From positions 3,660,001-3,724,000 of the forward strand of contig CM075999.1 in assembly GCA_038087875.1 (NCBI GenBank): a stretch of 64,000 nucleotides of DNA, read 5' to 3'. Of this stretch, positions 51,136 through 64,000 are shown one piece after another. This DNA comes from Malacoraja senta (Eukaryota). The notes under the pieces were generated by a model. That model saw only the letters and a program-made list of their open reading frames with translations, was not told the DNA's origin and ran no database searches. Numbering within the stretch: position 1 is the stretch's first letter; each line of letters begins with the position of its first letter. The translations under genes were made by a program, and so were the position numbers.

Positions 51136-51934
51136 ACCTGTGGGATGATCTTGTTTCCGGTGTCCTGGTTGGAACAGAGAGATTGACGGTCTATTGCTCA
51201 AGTGGTTAGAACACAATTTAAATTTGTAATTAAATGCTGGAAGAAATGCTTTTCTGCTTACATCAGCTCAATGAATAGGAATGTTCAAAATGAACCAGAG
51301 TTTAATGTAGTTATTATTACTGACACGTGAACTTGGATACAGAGAAAAGCTTTGTTTATGCACTACCCAGTCAAATCACACTATACTTGAGTACAGTCAA
51401 ATCATTCACAAGTCTGACAGATAGATACCATTGTGCAGGAGACAGTGTCATAGTATTACATCGTTACAGTTACAGAGAAAAAGTGCAGCGTTGGCAATAA
51501 AGGTAGGTTGGAAGATTAGGACTACACCCTGGCTTATGGAGGGACCATTCAGTGACAATAGACAAAAGGTGCAGGAGTAGGCCATTTGTCCCTTCGAGCC
51601 AGCACCGCCATTCAATGTGATCATGGCTGATCATCCCCAATCAGTACCCCGTTCCTGCCTTCTCCCCATATCCCCTGACTCCGCTATCTTTAAGAGCGCT
51701 ATCTAGCTCTCTCTTGAAAGAATCCAGAGAACCCACCTCCACCGCCCTCTGAGGCAGAGAATTCCACAGACTCACCACTCTGTAAACAGCAGGCAAGAAG
51801 ATGTTACGTGTACTCAAGCTTCTGTATCTTCTGCCCGATGGGAGAGGGGAAAAGAGGCAATGTGAGGCATTAGTTTCTATACCTGAATTCTTTTTCACTA
51901 AATGACTCATAGCAGGTGTCTATCTCAGTCCACC

Positions 51935-52455
51935 CTGGCCTACGTGATCTCCCGGTTGTCAAACTTACTCCCCTTCCCATTCCCACACTGACCTTTCTGT
52001 CCTGGGCCTCCTCCATTGTCAGAGTGAGACCCAGTGCAAATTGGAGGAACGGCCCCTCATATTTCACTTGGGCAGCTTACACCCCAGCGGTATGAACATT
52101 GACTTCTCTAACTTCAAGTAACCTTAGCATCCCCTCTCTCTCTCTCCATCCCTCCCCCCACCCTAGTCATCGTACTAGTTTCACTGTCGTCCCGTTGAGT
52201 TCCACTGTCTGGATATCTTGTTATCATCTATCCCACAGCCAACAATGGACCCTTGTGGGCTCCACCTTTCCTTGAGCATCACTGCTTTTTGCATCTCTTT
52301 CATCCATTTGTTACATGTACCGTCTATATCTCTCGTTTCCCTTTCCCCTGACTCTCAGTCTGAAGAAAGGTCTCATCTCCGAAACGTCCCCTATTGCTTC
52401 TCTCCAGAGATGCTGCCTGACCCGCTGAGTTACTCCAGCTTCTTGTGTCTTTCTT
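51935..52455 (+). mobile_element. Longest Penelope-like fragment (GIY-YIG C-terminus + 3' repeat)
   Basis: PSHSHTDLSVLGLLHCQSETQCKLEERPLIFHLGSLHPSGMNIDFSNFK*, then ctgaagaaaggtctcatctccgaaacgtc. Confidence 0.8.
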
Positions 52456-53759
52456 CAGATAATGATAGTGGGTGAGAAAATGTGTGTGCAATATGTGAGC
52501 ACCAGTCACTGAGCTCCCACCCTTACCCAGAACACCAAGCTGCTGTCCAGGAGGGTCTGAGACGTTACGACATGTGCAGGGGGAAGTGACTGCTCTGTGG
52601 CAACGGCCTGCTACAGACCAGATTACACAGCAAATGATAGTTATGTAGTTTCCTCACAAGACTAATACAGATTAGGAGCAGTGGTCAGGTCATTTTTAGT
52701 TGATTCATGCGAAGGTATTTACATCCTCTCCACCCCCCCCCCCCCCACACCCTTTGTGTGAAAACTTTACCCCTCAGATTTTTACAAAATCTTTCCCCCT
52801 TCATCTTAATCCTGTCACCAAACCATCCAACACATCGTCAACTCAACGCATTTACCTTCTTCTCCCCGTAGCTGCCAAATGTTGTCTACTTTTTTTTGTT
52901 TAAGTTCACATTTCCAACATTGACAGCCTTTGTTGGCTTCTGAGTATCTTAGTCCAGTCGGTAGGGGCATCAGTTCACTTAAACAAGCAGTGCATAGAAA
53001 TTTCTTCTCACAAACGTGAGTGAATGTCTGAAATTCACTGATGAACACATCATTATTTCTCGGGTCTGAAGAAGAGTCCTGACTCAAAACGTCACCTATC
53101 CATGTTCTCCACAGATGCTGCCTGACCCGCTGAGTTACTCCAGCACTCTGTGTCGTCTTTAGTAAACCTGCGCCTGCGGTTCCTTGTGCCTCTATTTCTC
53201 TCGTGGCTTTTCTTTGTACTTAAAATCAAGCATTTGGAACATAGAACAATACACTACAGAAACGGGCCCTTCGGCCCATCGTGTCCATGCCACCATATTA
53301 AACGAATCCCATCCACCTGCACCTAATCCATATCCTTAATTCCCATGTGTCTATGTAAAATGTACATCACTATTGTATCTGCCTCCACCACCACCCCTGG
53401 CAGTGCGTTCCACACACTCACCACCCTCCATGTAAAATAACCTGCCCCGCACATCCTCTCCAAACTTGCCCTTCTCAACTTTAATCTTTGCCCTTGAGAA
53501 AAGGTTCTATCTACTCTACTTGCGCCTCTCATCATTGTAAATGTTTCTACCAAGTCTTCCCTCAACATCTGCTCCAAACTACAAAATCCACGTGTCCAAC
53601 GTCTCCCTACACTCTTTAATGCAGGCGGCTTCCTGGTCAATGTGTCCTGCACCCTCTCCAAAGCCTCCACATCCTTGCTGTACTTTGTGAAGAAGATAGA
53701 TACAAAATGCTGGAGTAACTCAGTGGGTGAGGCAGCATCTCGGGAGAGAAGGAATGGGC

Positions 53760-53787
53760 GACGTTTCGGGTCGAGACCCTTCTTCAG
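53760..53787 (-). ncRNA. Minimal hammerhead motif, consensus copy inside a fold-back element (~53695-53900)
   Basis: Minus strand CUGAAGAAGGGUCUCGACCCGAAACGUC. Confidence 0.55.
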
Positions 53788-54779
53788 TCTGAAACGTCAC
53801 CCATTCCTTCTCTCCAGAGATGCTGCCTCACCCGCTGAGTTACTCCAGCATTTTGCGTCTACCTTCGATTTAAACCAGCATCTGCAGTTCTTTCTTACAC
53901 ATTGTTTGTGAAGAACTTGGAGTGAGGTGGCAGATAAAGCTACTGGTTCAATCCCGATCTCAAGCACTTTCTGTGTGGAGTTTGCATGTTCTCCCTGTGA
54001 CCGTGCGGGTTTCCTCTGCATCCTCTCCCCCTTGTTTCATATCGACTATTTCTTCTCTGTTCTCTCAGTCTAGATGAAGGATCTCGTCCCAAATCACATA
54101 TCGTCTTTCTACTGACTGGTTAGCACGCAACAAAAAGCTTTTCACTGTACCTCGGTACATGAGACAAGAAACTAAACGTTGACCGTCCATTTCTCTCCAA
54201 AGACGTGGCCTGTCCTTTGTGAGTTACAACAGCATGTTTTGCCACATTATTTCATTACCTTTTGTCTCGAATGAAATAGAACTTGCGAAATATAAAGTAT
54301 CAGTTTCATTCTATTTAAAGAAAGAACTGAGCTCCTTCTGCTCGCTGAATCGGACTGCATCGCTATGGTGACGCATGGAGGGGAGATCGGTCTATTTCAT
54401 CTGTTCTACTGAAGTCACAAAGACCTGCTTGGAGGTGTTGTCCCCTAAAGCTCTTGGATTTCACCACCTTCTCCCCTTAGCTACTTCATGGGCTTATTGT
54501 AGCAATGAACGTCCAGTTTGGAGTGAGGTGGGCTACCTTCGCGTGGAAGCAGGCGAGTGGAATTCTCCAAACAACTCTCTGGAAGGAACAGCGACTCAAG
54601 GGGAATGGAAGAGGAGGCAACTATGTAATCACCTGGCTCTCTCAGATGTTCCATAGAACGTGGCCATCAACCAAAGGAAAATGTCCAATTCATGCTGTAA
54701 GTGTCCACAGACCAGACCAGGTATCTACACCTGGGCCAGTTGCCGGCCAAGCCTCCAACGCAATGTTCATTGGAAATCT

Positions 54780-55775
54780 TCTTGTACATCAATGATCTGG
54801 ATGATGGTGTGGAAAATTGGATTAGTAAGTATGCAGATGATACTAAGATAGGTGGTGTGGTGGATAATGAAGTAGATTTTCAAAGTCTACAGAGAGATTT
54901 AGGCCATTTGAAAGAGTGGGCTGAAAGATGGCAGATGGAGTTTAATGCTGATAAATGTGAGGTACTACATCTCGGCAGGACAAATCAAAATAGGACGTAC
55001 ATGGTAAATGGTAGAGAATTGAGGAATGCAGTTGAACAGAGGGATCTAGGAATAACTGTGCATAGTTCCCTGAAGGTGGAATCTCATTTAGATAGGGTGG
55101 TAAAGAAAGCTTTTGGTGTGCTGGCCTTTATAAATCAGAGCATTGAATATAGAAGTTGGGATGTAATGTTAAAATTGTACAAGGCATTGGTGAGGCCAAT
55201 TCTGGAGTATGGAGTACAATTTTGGTCGCCTAATTATAGGAAGTATGTCAACAAAATAGAGAGAGTACAGAGGAGATTTACTAGAATGTTGCCTGGGTTT
55301 CAGCAACTAAGTTACAGAGAAAGGTTGAACAAGTTAGGTATTTATTCTTTGGAGCGCAGAAGGTTAAGAGGGGACTTGATAGAGGTCTTTAAAATTATGA
55401 GCGGGTTAGACAGAGTTGACGTGGATAAGCTTTTTCCATTGAGAGTAGGGAAGATTCAAACAAGGTGACATGACTTGAGAATTAAGGGACAGAAGTTTAG
55501 GGGTAACATTAGGGGGAACTTCTTTACTCAGAGAGTGGTAGCTGTGTGGAATGAGCTTCCAGTGGAAGTGGTGGGGGCTGGTTCGATTTTATCCTTTAAA
55601 AATAGATTGGATGGGTATATGGACGGGAAAGGAATGGAGGGTTATGGTCTGAGTGCAGGTAGATGGGACTAGGGGGAAGTATTTATTTATTTATTTATAT
55701 ATATATTTTAATTGTTCGGCACGGACTTGAAGGGCCGAGATGGCCGGTTTCCGTGCTGTAATGGTTATATGGTTA
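54780..55775 (+). mobile_element. Young 5'-truncated CR1 LINE including RT catalytic motif
   Basis: YINDLDDGVENWISKYADDTKIGG..WQMEFNADKCEVLH..LVRPILEYGVQFWSP; open for ~230 codons, one TGA near 55466; (tggtta) tail. Confidence 0.95.
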
Positions 55776-57889
55776 AAGCCATCTTGGTGACTTTATCGTG
55801 GAGTCAAGGGTCAAGGGTCAAGGTTCAAGGTTCAAGAGTCAGTGTCAAGTCATAAGGTCATAAGAAATAGGAGTAGAATTAGGCCATTCGGCCCATCAGG
55901 TCTACACCGCCATTCAATCATGGCTAATCAATTCAATCATGGCATGAACCTCATTCTCCTACCTTCTCCCCATAATGTCTGACACTCGTACTAATCAAGA
56001 CTCAGGGGCCAAGACTCAAGGGTCAAGTGGGTTTAATTGACAATTGGAGCACTGTATCGCCAACAAGCCCTACCCAACTTGCCCTTGAGAACGTGGAGGT
56101 GAGGCACCTTCTGAACCCTGCAGTCTTCCCCATGAAGGTGCCCAACAGTGGGGTGGTTTGGACAACACCGACTGCCTTCCTCGGCCACTTCATTGTAGGT
56201 TTACAGTCCTAGAAATGCCAAGCTGTTTATGTTGAACAAAAGGCTTGAAAGCTGAACTGACAGCAAGGATGATGTATACCAGTCACCACCATTGCACCAG
56301 ACCATGTCACACGTGTAATGTGAACCGTACAGTTACAAAAGGCCCCGTTTGCTTCATATTATATTTACGCTTGCACAAGGTCCAATGGACTAGGTTTTAC
56401 AAACCGCACGCGATTAGCTTCAGAGTCACTATGTGACTTCGGTTTCAAGTCTTCCCGCACTATAATTGTACGAAACTCTCCAGTGTCAATTGCTTCCTGT
56501 ACCAAGAGCCACCAACTAAACTGCTGCTGAGACGTGGTACTTTGTGCCCTTGTACAATTATATAAAAGCTTCTGATCCACCCACATAACAACTACGCCCA
56601 GCCTCTCCCAGGGAAAGAGGTGCAAATAACTTCCACCAACTGCAGTTACATAAATCAGCGACTCGGTTTGGATGGCTGCAAGTTACTGAACTAGCAACCC
56701 AGCATGTGTAGGAAGGAACTACCGAAGATGCTGAAATAACTCAGCGGGTCAGGCAGCATCTGTGGACGTCACCCATTCCTTCTCTCCAGAGATGCTGCCT
56801 GTCCCGCTGAGTTACTCCAGCATTTTGTGTCTATCAGCAACCCAGTATTCTGAGCTGAATGACTTGGTAGTTGAATAAATGCAGTGACCATAAACAACCA
56901 AAAACCTAGACTGTTCACCCCCACCACCTGCAGGAGAATCACCACTGTTCCTGCCCTTGGTGGGAGGATTCCAACGAAGGCAGACACAAAATGCTGGAGT
57001 AACTCAGCGGGACAGGCAGCGTCTCTGGAGAGAAGGAATGAGTGATGCTTCGGGTCGAGACACTTCTTCAGACTGAGAGTCAGGGGAGAGGGAGACAGAA
57101 ATATGGATGGGTAAGGTGTGAAAACACCACAGTATCAAACTCTGACCCATGGTCATATAGTTGATGATGAGCAAGGGATGGAATTCATACGTTCTAGGAA
57201 CAGAATAAGGCCATTCGGCCCATCGTGTCTACTCCGCCTTTCAATCATGGCTGATCTATCTTTCCCTCTAAGCCCCATTCTCCTGCCTTCTCCCTAGGGT
57301 GTAGGATAGTGCTGGCGTACGAGTTTGTCGTTGGTTCGGCCTGGGGCCGAAGGGCCTGTTTCCGTGCTGTAACGGCGTGGGGGTTCAGCTGGGGGGGGGT
57401 AGATAAAAGGAGCAGCCGACGTGCTTTGTAACTTTGTCAGAGCCGTAGGTTGCTGCTATTTGTATACATTGTGTAAAGAATCTCACTGGACCTTGTCACA
57501 AGTGGCAATAAAGTATTCCTATTCCTAACTCTAAAGTTTAAAGATACTGTCGGTGGATACAGGTGGTCGTGGTTTTTGATTGTCAGATGGTTGGACAAAG
57601 GCCAGAGATGAAGAGACAAAATATGTGAGATAAGGATTAAAGAGGTGCGAAACGTGATGGGATATAAGTGGAGGGGGGGGGGGGGGGACAAGGGAGAAAT
57701 GGGTGTAAGCTCTGAAGATAGACACAAAGTTCTGGAGTAACTCAGTTGACCAGGCAGCATCTCTGGAGAGAAGGAATGGGCGACGTTTCAGGTCGAGACC
57801 CTTCTTCAGACTCTGATCAAAGCCCTGACATGGTCTTTGTAATCATGATGTTCATGTTTAGTTCAGTTTAGAGATACAGCGCGGAAACA

Positions 57890-58090
57890 GGCATCATTGA
57901 CTGACGTATCAGGGTCGCCGAAAGATTTTGAACATTTCAAAATCCAGCGGCGACAAAACAATATGTTGCGGCACTTAAGGAGACGGCGCGCGTCTATACG
58001 TGGTCACGCCACGACTTTGTCAGTGACCTGATACATCAGTCAATGATGCCAGCAGTCGCCGAAAAAAATGGCCAAGTGGGGCAGGCCCTT
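57890..58090. mobile_element. Truncated palindromic MITE, possibly PIF/Harbinger-like
   Basis: 24-bp IR 57890-57913 / 58027-58050 (23/24); right end aagtggggcaggccc followed by ttta; sits within a SINE tail. Confidence 0.55.
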
Positions 58091-59346
58091 TACAATATTC
58101 TACACACACTAAGGGACAATTTACAATTATACCAAAGCCAATTAACCTGTTCAAGAAGGAACTGCAGATGCTGGAAAATCGAAGGTAGATAAAAATGCTG
58201 GAGAAACTCAGCGGGTGCGGCAGCATCTATGGAGCGAAGGAAATAGGCAACGTTTCAGGCCGAAGGGAGCAAAACAGTGGGGAAAGATTCACGGCCTTCG
58301 GTGTGCAGAGCCCGGCTCGTCGGTCTGAAGGGCAGAGCATGTTTGCAGTGGCATTACAATTCAGATAAAATATCTCTTTGAAATGGTGTTGGCCGATGCA
58401 ATTTAAATGGTAATGATGACCCATTTTTCATTTGTCATGACTTGCCCCACTCAAACATCAACCCCAGCCACAGAAGGCAGACAGTAAACGGGGCGTGCAA
58501 CAACAAGATAGGAAGAATGTGAAAGAGGCCTGCACTAATACTGCCATTATGGAATGGGGTTGTGGCGTGCCTCACATTAGGATGCAACACGCTGCTTTGG
58601 CACGAACAAACCATTGCTCATCAGTGTGAAGAGGTTGTCTTGCAGGTCTGTCGCACTTTGGTCAGGCTGCCTTTGGAGTGTTGCGTGCAGTCTGGTCGCC
58701 CCCATTACAAGGAGGGTACAGGAGAGGTTTACCAGGATCCTCACGTCCATAACGTGATTAGGCCATTCAACCCATCAAGTCTACTCCGCCATTCAATCAT
58801 GGCTGATCGATCGATCTCTCCCTCTCAACCACATTCTCCCGCCCTCTCCCCATAACCCCTGACACCCCTGCCTGGGATTAGAGGGCATCAGCTATCAGGA
58901 GAGGTTGAACAAACATGAATTGTTTTATGCTGCAGCTTTGGAGGATGAGAGGAGACCTAATGGAAATATATAACATTATGAGAAGCATGGGTAAGGTAGA
59001 CATTCAGATCTTTTTGTCACCAGCGTGGAAATGACAAAGACTAGAGGGCATAGCTTTAAGATGAGAGGGGGAAAGTATAAATGAGATGTCCGGGGCAAGT
59101 TGTTGTTTTTTACACAGAGGGTGGTGGGTGCCTGGAACACACTGCCCGGGTGGTGGTGAAGGCAGATACGACAGTGGTGTTTAAGAGGCTATTGGGCCGG
59201 CACGTAGTTACACAGGGAATGGATACAGATGGATAACATGCAGGCAGAAGAGATTAGTTTAACTTGGCATCACATTCGGCAAAGACATTGTGGGCTGAAA
59301 GGGCTGTTCCTGTGCTGGGCTGTTCCATGTTCTATATGTTCCATAT

Positions 59347-59655
59347 TTTAGTTTAATTTTTAGTTTAGTTTAGAGATACAGCACGGAAACAGGCCCTTCG
59401 GCCCACCGGGTCCGTGCCGACCAGCGATCCCTACACACTAACATTATCCCACACACACTGGGGACAATGTTTACATTTACCGAAGCCAATTAACCTCCCC
59501 GTCTTTGAAGCGTGGGAGGAAACCGAACGGAGAAAGCCCACGCAGGTCACGCGGAGAACGTGCAAACTCCGTACAGACAGCACCTGTAGACAGGATCAAA
59601 CCCGGGTCTCCGGCGCTGTGAGGCAACAACTCTACCGCTGCGCCACCGTGCTGCC
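59347..59655 (-). mobile_element. V-SINE
   Basis: Consensus match. Confidence 0.8.
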
Positions 59656-59879
59656 CCATATGTCCCATATGTGTTCCATGTTCTACTTTGATCTACGGTC
59701 TGTGTGTTGTGTGTTCTACTGCCTCGTCTTCAAAGAGTGAGCAAGAGGGAGGAAAGAACAATTCCCACTTAGCTCTACTGCAAGTGGGCGCGGCCTCACA
59801 GAGTTGAATACAACCCAAAGTCCACTGTAAATTGCTTGGTTTTACCTTCTCCTTTTCTTAACAAAAAGAGTGCAGCCTA

Positions 59880-61690
59880 AATGGTGTCACATGTGGTGAG
59901 GATGGCTTTTGGCAGGCTGGCCGTTATCAGTCAGGAAGTTGGGCATATGATACGGAGATGTTACAGTTATATAACGCGTTGGTGTGGCTGGGCTTGGAGT
60001 ATTGTGATCATATTTGGTCGCACTGCCACAGGCAAGATGCCATTAGGCAGGAAAGGGCGCGGAGAAGAGTTACAAGGATGTTGCCAGGTCTCGAGGGCCT
60101 GAGCTGCAGGGAGATGTTGGGCAGGCTGGGACTTTATTCCTTGGAGCGCAGGAGGATGAGGGATGATCTTATAGAGGTGTACAAAATAACGAGGGGAATA
60201 GACAGGTTGAATGCACAGTCTTTTACCCAGAGTAGGGGAATCAAGAAGTAGAAGGCACAGGTTTATGGTGAAGGGGAATGATACAATAGGAACCTGAAGG
60301 ACAACATTTTGCCACAGAGGGTGGTGGGTGTATGGAACGAGTTGCCAGTGAAAGTAAATGATCTAGGTACAACCATAACAACAAGTAGGACACAAAGTGA
60401 AGATGGACACAAAATGCTGGAGTAACTCGGCGGGAATCGGTGAAGTTTTGGGTCGAGACCCTTCTGCAGACTGGGAGAAGAGTCTCGACCTGAAACGTCA
60501 CCCATTCCTTCTCTGCAGAGATGCTGCCTGTCCCGCTGAGTTACTCCAGCATTTTGTGTCTATCTTCGGTTTAAACCGGCATCTGCAGTTCTTTCCTATA
60601 CATTTTGTAGATGGGACATGTTGGCTGGTGTGGGCAAGTTGGGTCTAAGGGACAGTTGCCACACTGTAAGATTCCATAACTCTCCCTATAGTGGGAACAG
60701 AACAAGGGAATTCTTACTTGCTGCGGCTTTGCAGGCCGGTAAACGCAATAACACAGAGATAAATATACAATTGAAGGTGGAGACGCAGCTAGTTGGGGCG
60801 GTCAAAAGGCTTTTGGCACATCTGCCTGCATCAGTCAGAGTATTTACAGAAACGTTGGGAGGTCATGTTGGGAGGTCATGTTGCAGTTGTGTAAGACGTT
60901 GGTGAGGCTGCATTTAGAGTGTTATAGGAAAGATGGTGTCAAGCTGGAAAGGGTACAGAAAAGATTTACAAGGATGTTGCCAGGACTCGAGGAACTAGTT
61001 ATAGGGAGAGGTTGACTCTGATCCTTGGAATGCAGGAGGATGAGGGGCGATCTTATTGAAGTGTATAAAATCATGAGAGGTATAGATCGGGTAGGTGTAC
61101 ACAGTAACTTGCCTGGCTTTGGTGAGTCGAGGACCAGAGGACATAGGTTTAAGGTGAAGGGGAAAAGATTTAATAGGAATCTGAGGGGTAACTTTTTCAC
61201 ACAAAGGTTGGTGGGTTTATGGAATGAGCTGCCAGAGGAGGTAGTTGAGGCAGGGATTATCATAATGTTTAAGAAACAGTTAGACAGGTACATGGACAGG
61301 ACAGGTTTAGAGGCATATGGGCCAAACGGGGGCAGGTGGGGCATGTTGGGCATGTTGGGCATGTTGGGCCGAGGGGCCTGTTTCCACGCTGTATGACTCC
61401 TTGACTCTGATACAATAATAATAATCAGTCGTGCTCGGTAAGAGAGAGAGAGTTGAACCCAGAGAGTTGTGAATCTGTGGAATTTTCTGCCACAGAAGGC
61501 GGTGGAGGCCAATTCACTGGACGTTTTCAAGAGAGACTTAGATTTAGCTGTTAGGGCTAACAGAATCAAGGGATATGGGGAGAAAGCAGGAACGGGGTAC
61601 TGACTTTGATTGATCAGCCATGATCATATTGAATGGTGGTGCTGGCTCGAAGGGCCGCATGGCCTACTCCTGCACCTATTGTCTAAGTTT
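59880..61690 (+). mobile_element. Cluster of CR1 fragments (59880-60370, 60855-61400, 61455-61690) with an interposed fold-back repeat
   Basis: LEYCDHIWS..RRRMRDDLIEVYKI; ECRRMRGDLIEVYKIMRG..NFFTQRLVGLWNELP. Confidence 0.85.
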
Positions 61691-61956
61691 CTATCTAATT
61701 GCAGGCACAGCCGTGTTGCCTCTGCTGCCGGTCACAGAGCCGGCCAGGCAAGGGTTAAACGAGACATCCCCTGCCACCCGGATAGTGCACATCAGCCCAG
61801 CCCTGGGTTCTGCATCTTGATCACGTTTCTGTTTGTGCATTATTTCACTCCTGACAGGATGCACTCCACTTCCCGTAATTCACTGGAGCCAAACGACAAG
61901 CAGCCCAGCTCCCGGCTCTTGCTTCACACAACAGTGGCAAACATCAGCCCTGTAGT

Positions 61957-62250
61957 CTTAGTTTAGAGATACAGCGCCGAAACAGGCTCTTCGGCCCACC
62001 GAGTCCGCACTGACCAGCGATCCCCGCACACTCACACTATCCTACACACACTAGGGACAATTTACAATCATACCAAGCCAATTAACCTACAAACCTGTAT
62101 GTTTTTGGAGTGTGGAGGAAAATCCATGCAGGTCAAGGGGAGAGCGTACAAACTCCAATACAGACAGCACCCGTAGTCGGGATTGAACCCGGATCTCTGG
62201 TGCTGTACGCGCTGTAAGGCAGCACCTCTACCGCTGTGCCACCGTGCCAC
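61957..62250 (-). mobile_element. V-SINE
   Basis: Consensus match. Confidence 0.8.
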
Positions 62251-62324
62251 CCTTCTGCCACCCCAGGCCTGGGAACTGGAAGGACCAGCTAAGTAACACC
62301 TTACAGATGATGATACATCATATA

Positions 62325-62685
62325 GCGGTGTGTAAAATCATGAGAGGAATAGATCGGGTAGATGCACACAGTCTTTTGCCCAGAGTAGAAGAATCCAGTA
62401 CCAGAGGACATAGGTTTAAGGTGAAGGGTGAAAAATGTAACATTGATCTGAGGGGTAACTTTTTCACACAGAGGGTGGTGGGTGTATGGCACAAGCTGCC
62501 AGAGGAGGTAGTTGAGGCTGGGACTATCCCAACATTTAAGAAACAGTTAGACATGTACATGGATAGGTCAGGTTTGGAGAGATATGGGCCAAACGCAGGC
62601 AGATGGGACTAATGTAGTTGGGACATGTTGGCCGACGTGGGCAAGTTGAACCAAAGTGCTGTGTTTCCACTCTGTATCACTCTAT
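62325..62685 (+). mobile_element. CR1 LINE 3' fragment
   Basis: KIMRGIDRVDAHSLLPRVEESSTRGHRFKVKG. Confidence 0.88.
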
Positions 62686-62894
62686 CAGACAACAGGAACT
62701 GCTGATGTTGAGATTTGGTGTAGAACACAGAGTGCTGGAGTAACTCAGCGGGTCAGGCAGCATCTGTGGAGAACATGGATAGGTGACGTTTCACAGAGTG
62801 CTGGAGTAACTCAGCGGGTCAGGCAGCATCTCTGGAGAACATGGATAGGTGATGTTTTGGATAAGCAGACCTCCCTTTCATTGATTCCATTTGT

Positions 62895-63265
62895 ACCCCA
62901 CGCTGCCACGGCAAGGCCAGCTGCAGAATCAAGGACGAGTCGCACCCCGGCCACTCCCTCTTCTCCCCTCTCCCATCAGGCAAAAGGTACAGAAGTGTGA
63001 AAACGCACACCTCCAGATTCAGGGACAGTTTCTTCCCAGCTGTTATCAGGCAACCGAACCATCCTATCACCAACTAGACAGCAGTCCCGAACTTCAATCT
63101 ACATCATTGGTGACCCTCGGACAATCCTTAATTGGACCAAACATCTATACACTGTAAACGGCTCGATTGTAATCATGTATCGTCTTTCCGCTGACTGGTT
63201 AGCACGCAACAAAAGCTTTTCACTGTACCTCGGTACACGTGACAATAAACTAAACTCAAACTCTT
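62895..63265 (+). mobile_element. Rex1/Babar-like LINE 3' fragment
   Basis: IKDESHPGHSLFSPLPSGKRYRSVKTHTSRFRDSFFPAVIRQ. Confidence 0.8.
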
Positions 63266-64000
63266 GTACCTATCTATGATTGAGCTTATCTATGGTATGA
63301 TTTTACTGTTTTGAACGCAAAACAAAGATTTTCACTGTGCCAGGGTTTATGTGCCAATCAAGTAACATAATTGTCGTCATTAAGTCACCACCGACCCACA
63401 CACCGGAGGACGAGACTCACACTCAACATTAATTGGATTCTCCATCAATCCAATGAGATTGTTACTGTGAAGCCCTTAAACGCATTAACACACAAATAAA
63501 TATACAATAATCAACAAGGCAAGACATCAATAACCAGTAATACGTGGTAACCAGGGCATAATAACACAAAACTAAATGCACAGTGCGACCAAAACAAGAT
63601 CCATCTACAACGGAGAACATGGAACAATGGCGCTAAAATATGGCAGCGTTCGCGTGTGTAAATATGCAAAAAGAATTTCACCGCACAGTTGCACATTTGA
63701 CATATAAAGCTCCATTGAACATTTATGAAGTCTCCTTCAAGAAACAGTGGCAACACATTGTGCACTTGCGACAACAGGAGGCCTTGCAGCCCATCTGCTT
63801 CATGCTAGCCCTCATCAAACATTCCCAAACACACTCTTCCCCACACCTTACTCCCTTGCTGAGACTTATTCTCCAACACATGACTGCAACTCGTTTTGCC
63901 ACCGGTCGAGGCGACCAGCTGACTGACAGCAGCCACCCAACCAACCAGCACCCACCTGACATGCCGAGAGTCCTCAGGCAATCTCAGGGAGGGCATAGCA

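Noticed and set aside
54701..55468. 255-aa ORF as a host gene or functional RT
   Set aside because: 5'-truncated CR1 ORF2; the first ~27 residues are flanking sequence.
56540..56640. TATA-like tatataaaag
   Set aside because: Isolated motif with no linked exon or gene evidence.

Overview
Repeat-dominated vertebrate genomic DNA. The HE1-type V-SINE / CR1 / Rex / L2 / Penelope repeat landscape points to a cartilaginous fish, probably a skate or ray (inference). The only host protein-coding sequence I can support is the 5' part of a Src-family kinase gene on the minus strand, most like Yrk (the FGR orthology group): coding exon 1 (3303-3054) and the first SH3 exon (2361-2262). The remaining exons must lie left of base 1. 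The other ~60 kb is intronic or upstream sequence with two candidate non-coding exons, a few unique islands and many transposon fragments. Most interesting: (i) a ~140-nt retroposed element at 2542-2681 whose 5' end folds into a compact HDV/CPEB3-like self-cleaving ribozyme; (ii) a very abundant Penelope-derived repeat carrying a minimal hammerhead core, often arranged as fold-back hairpins or exact 66-nt tandems; (iii) a 52-bp minisatellite that has multiplied the 5' splice site of the kinase's first coding exon. Repeat boundaries are approximate and read by eye.
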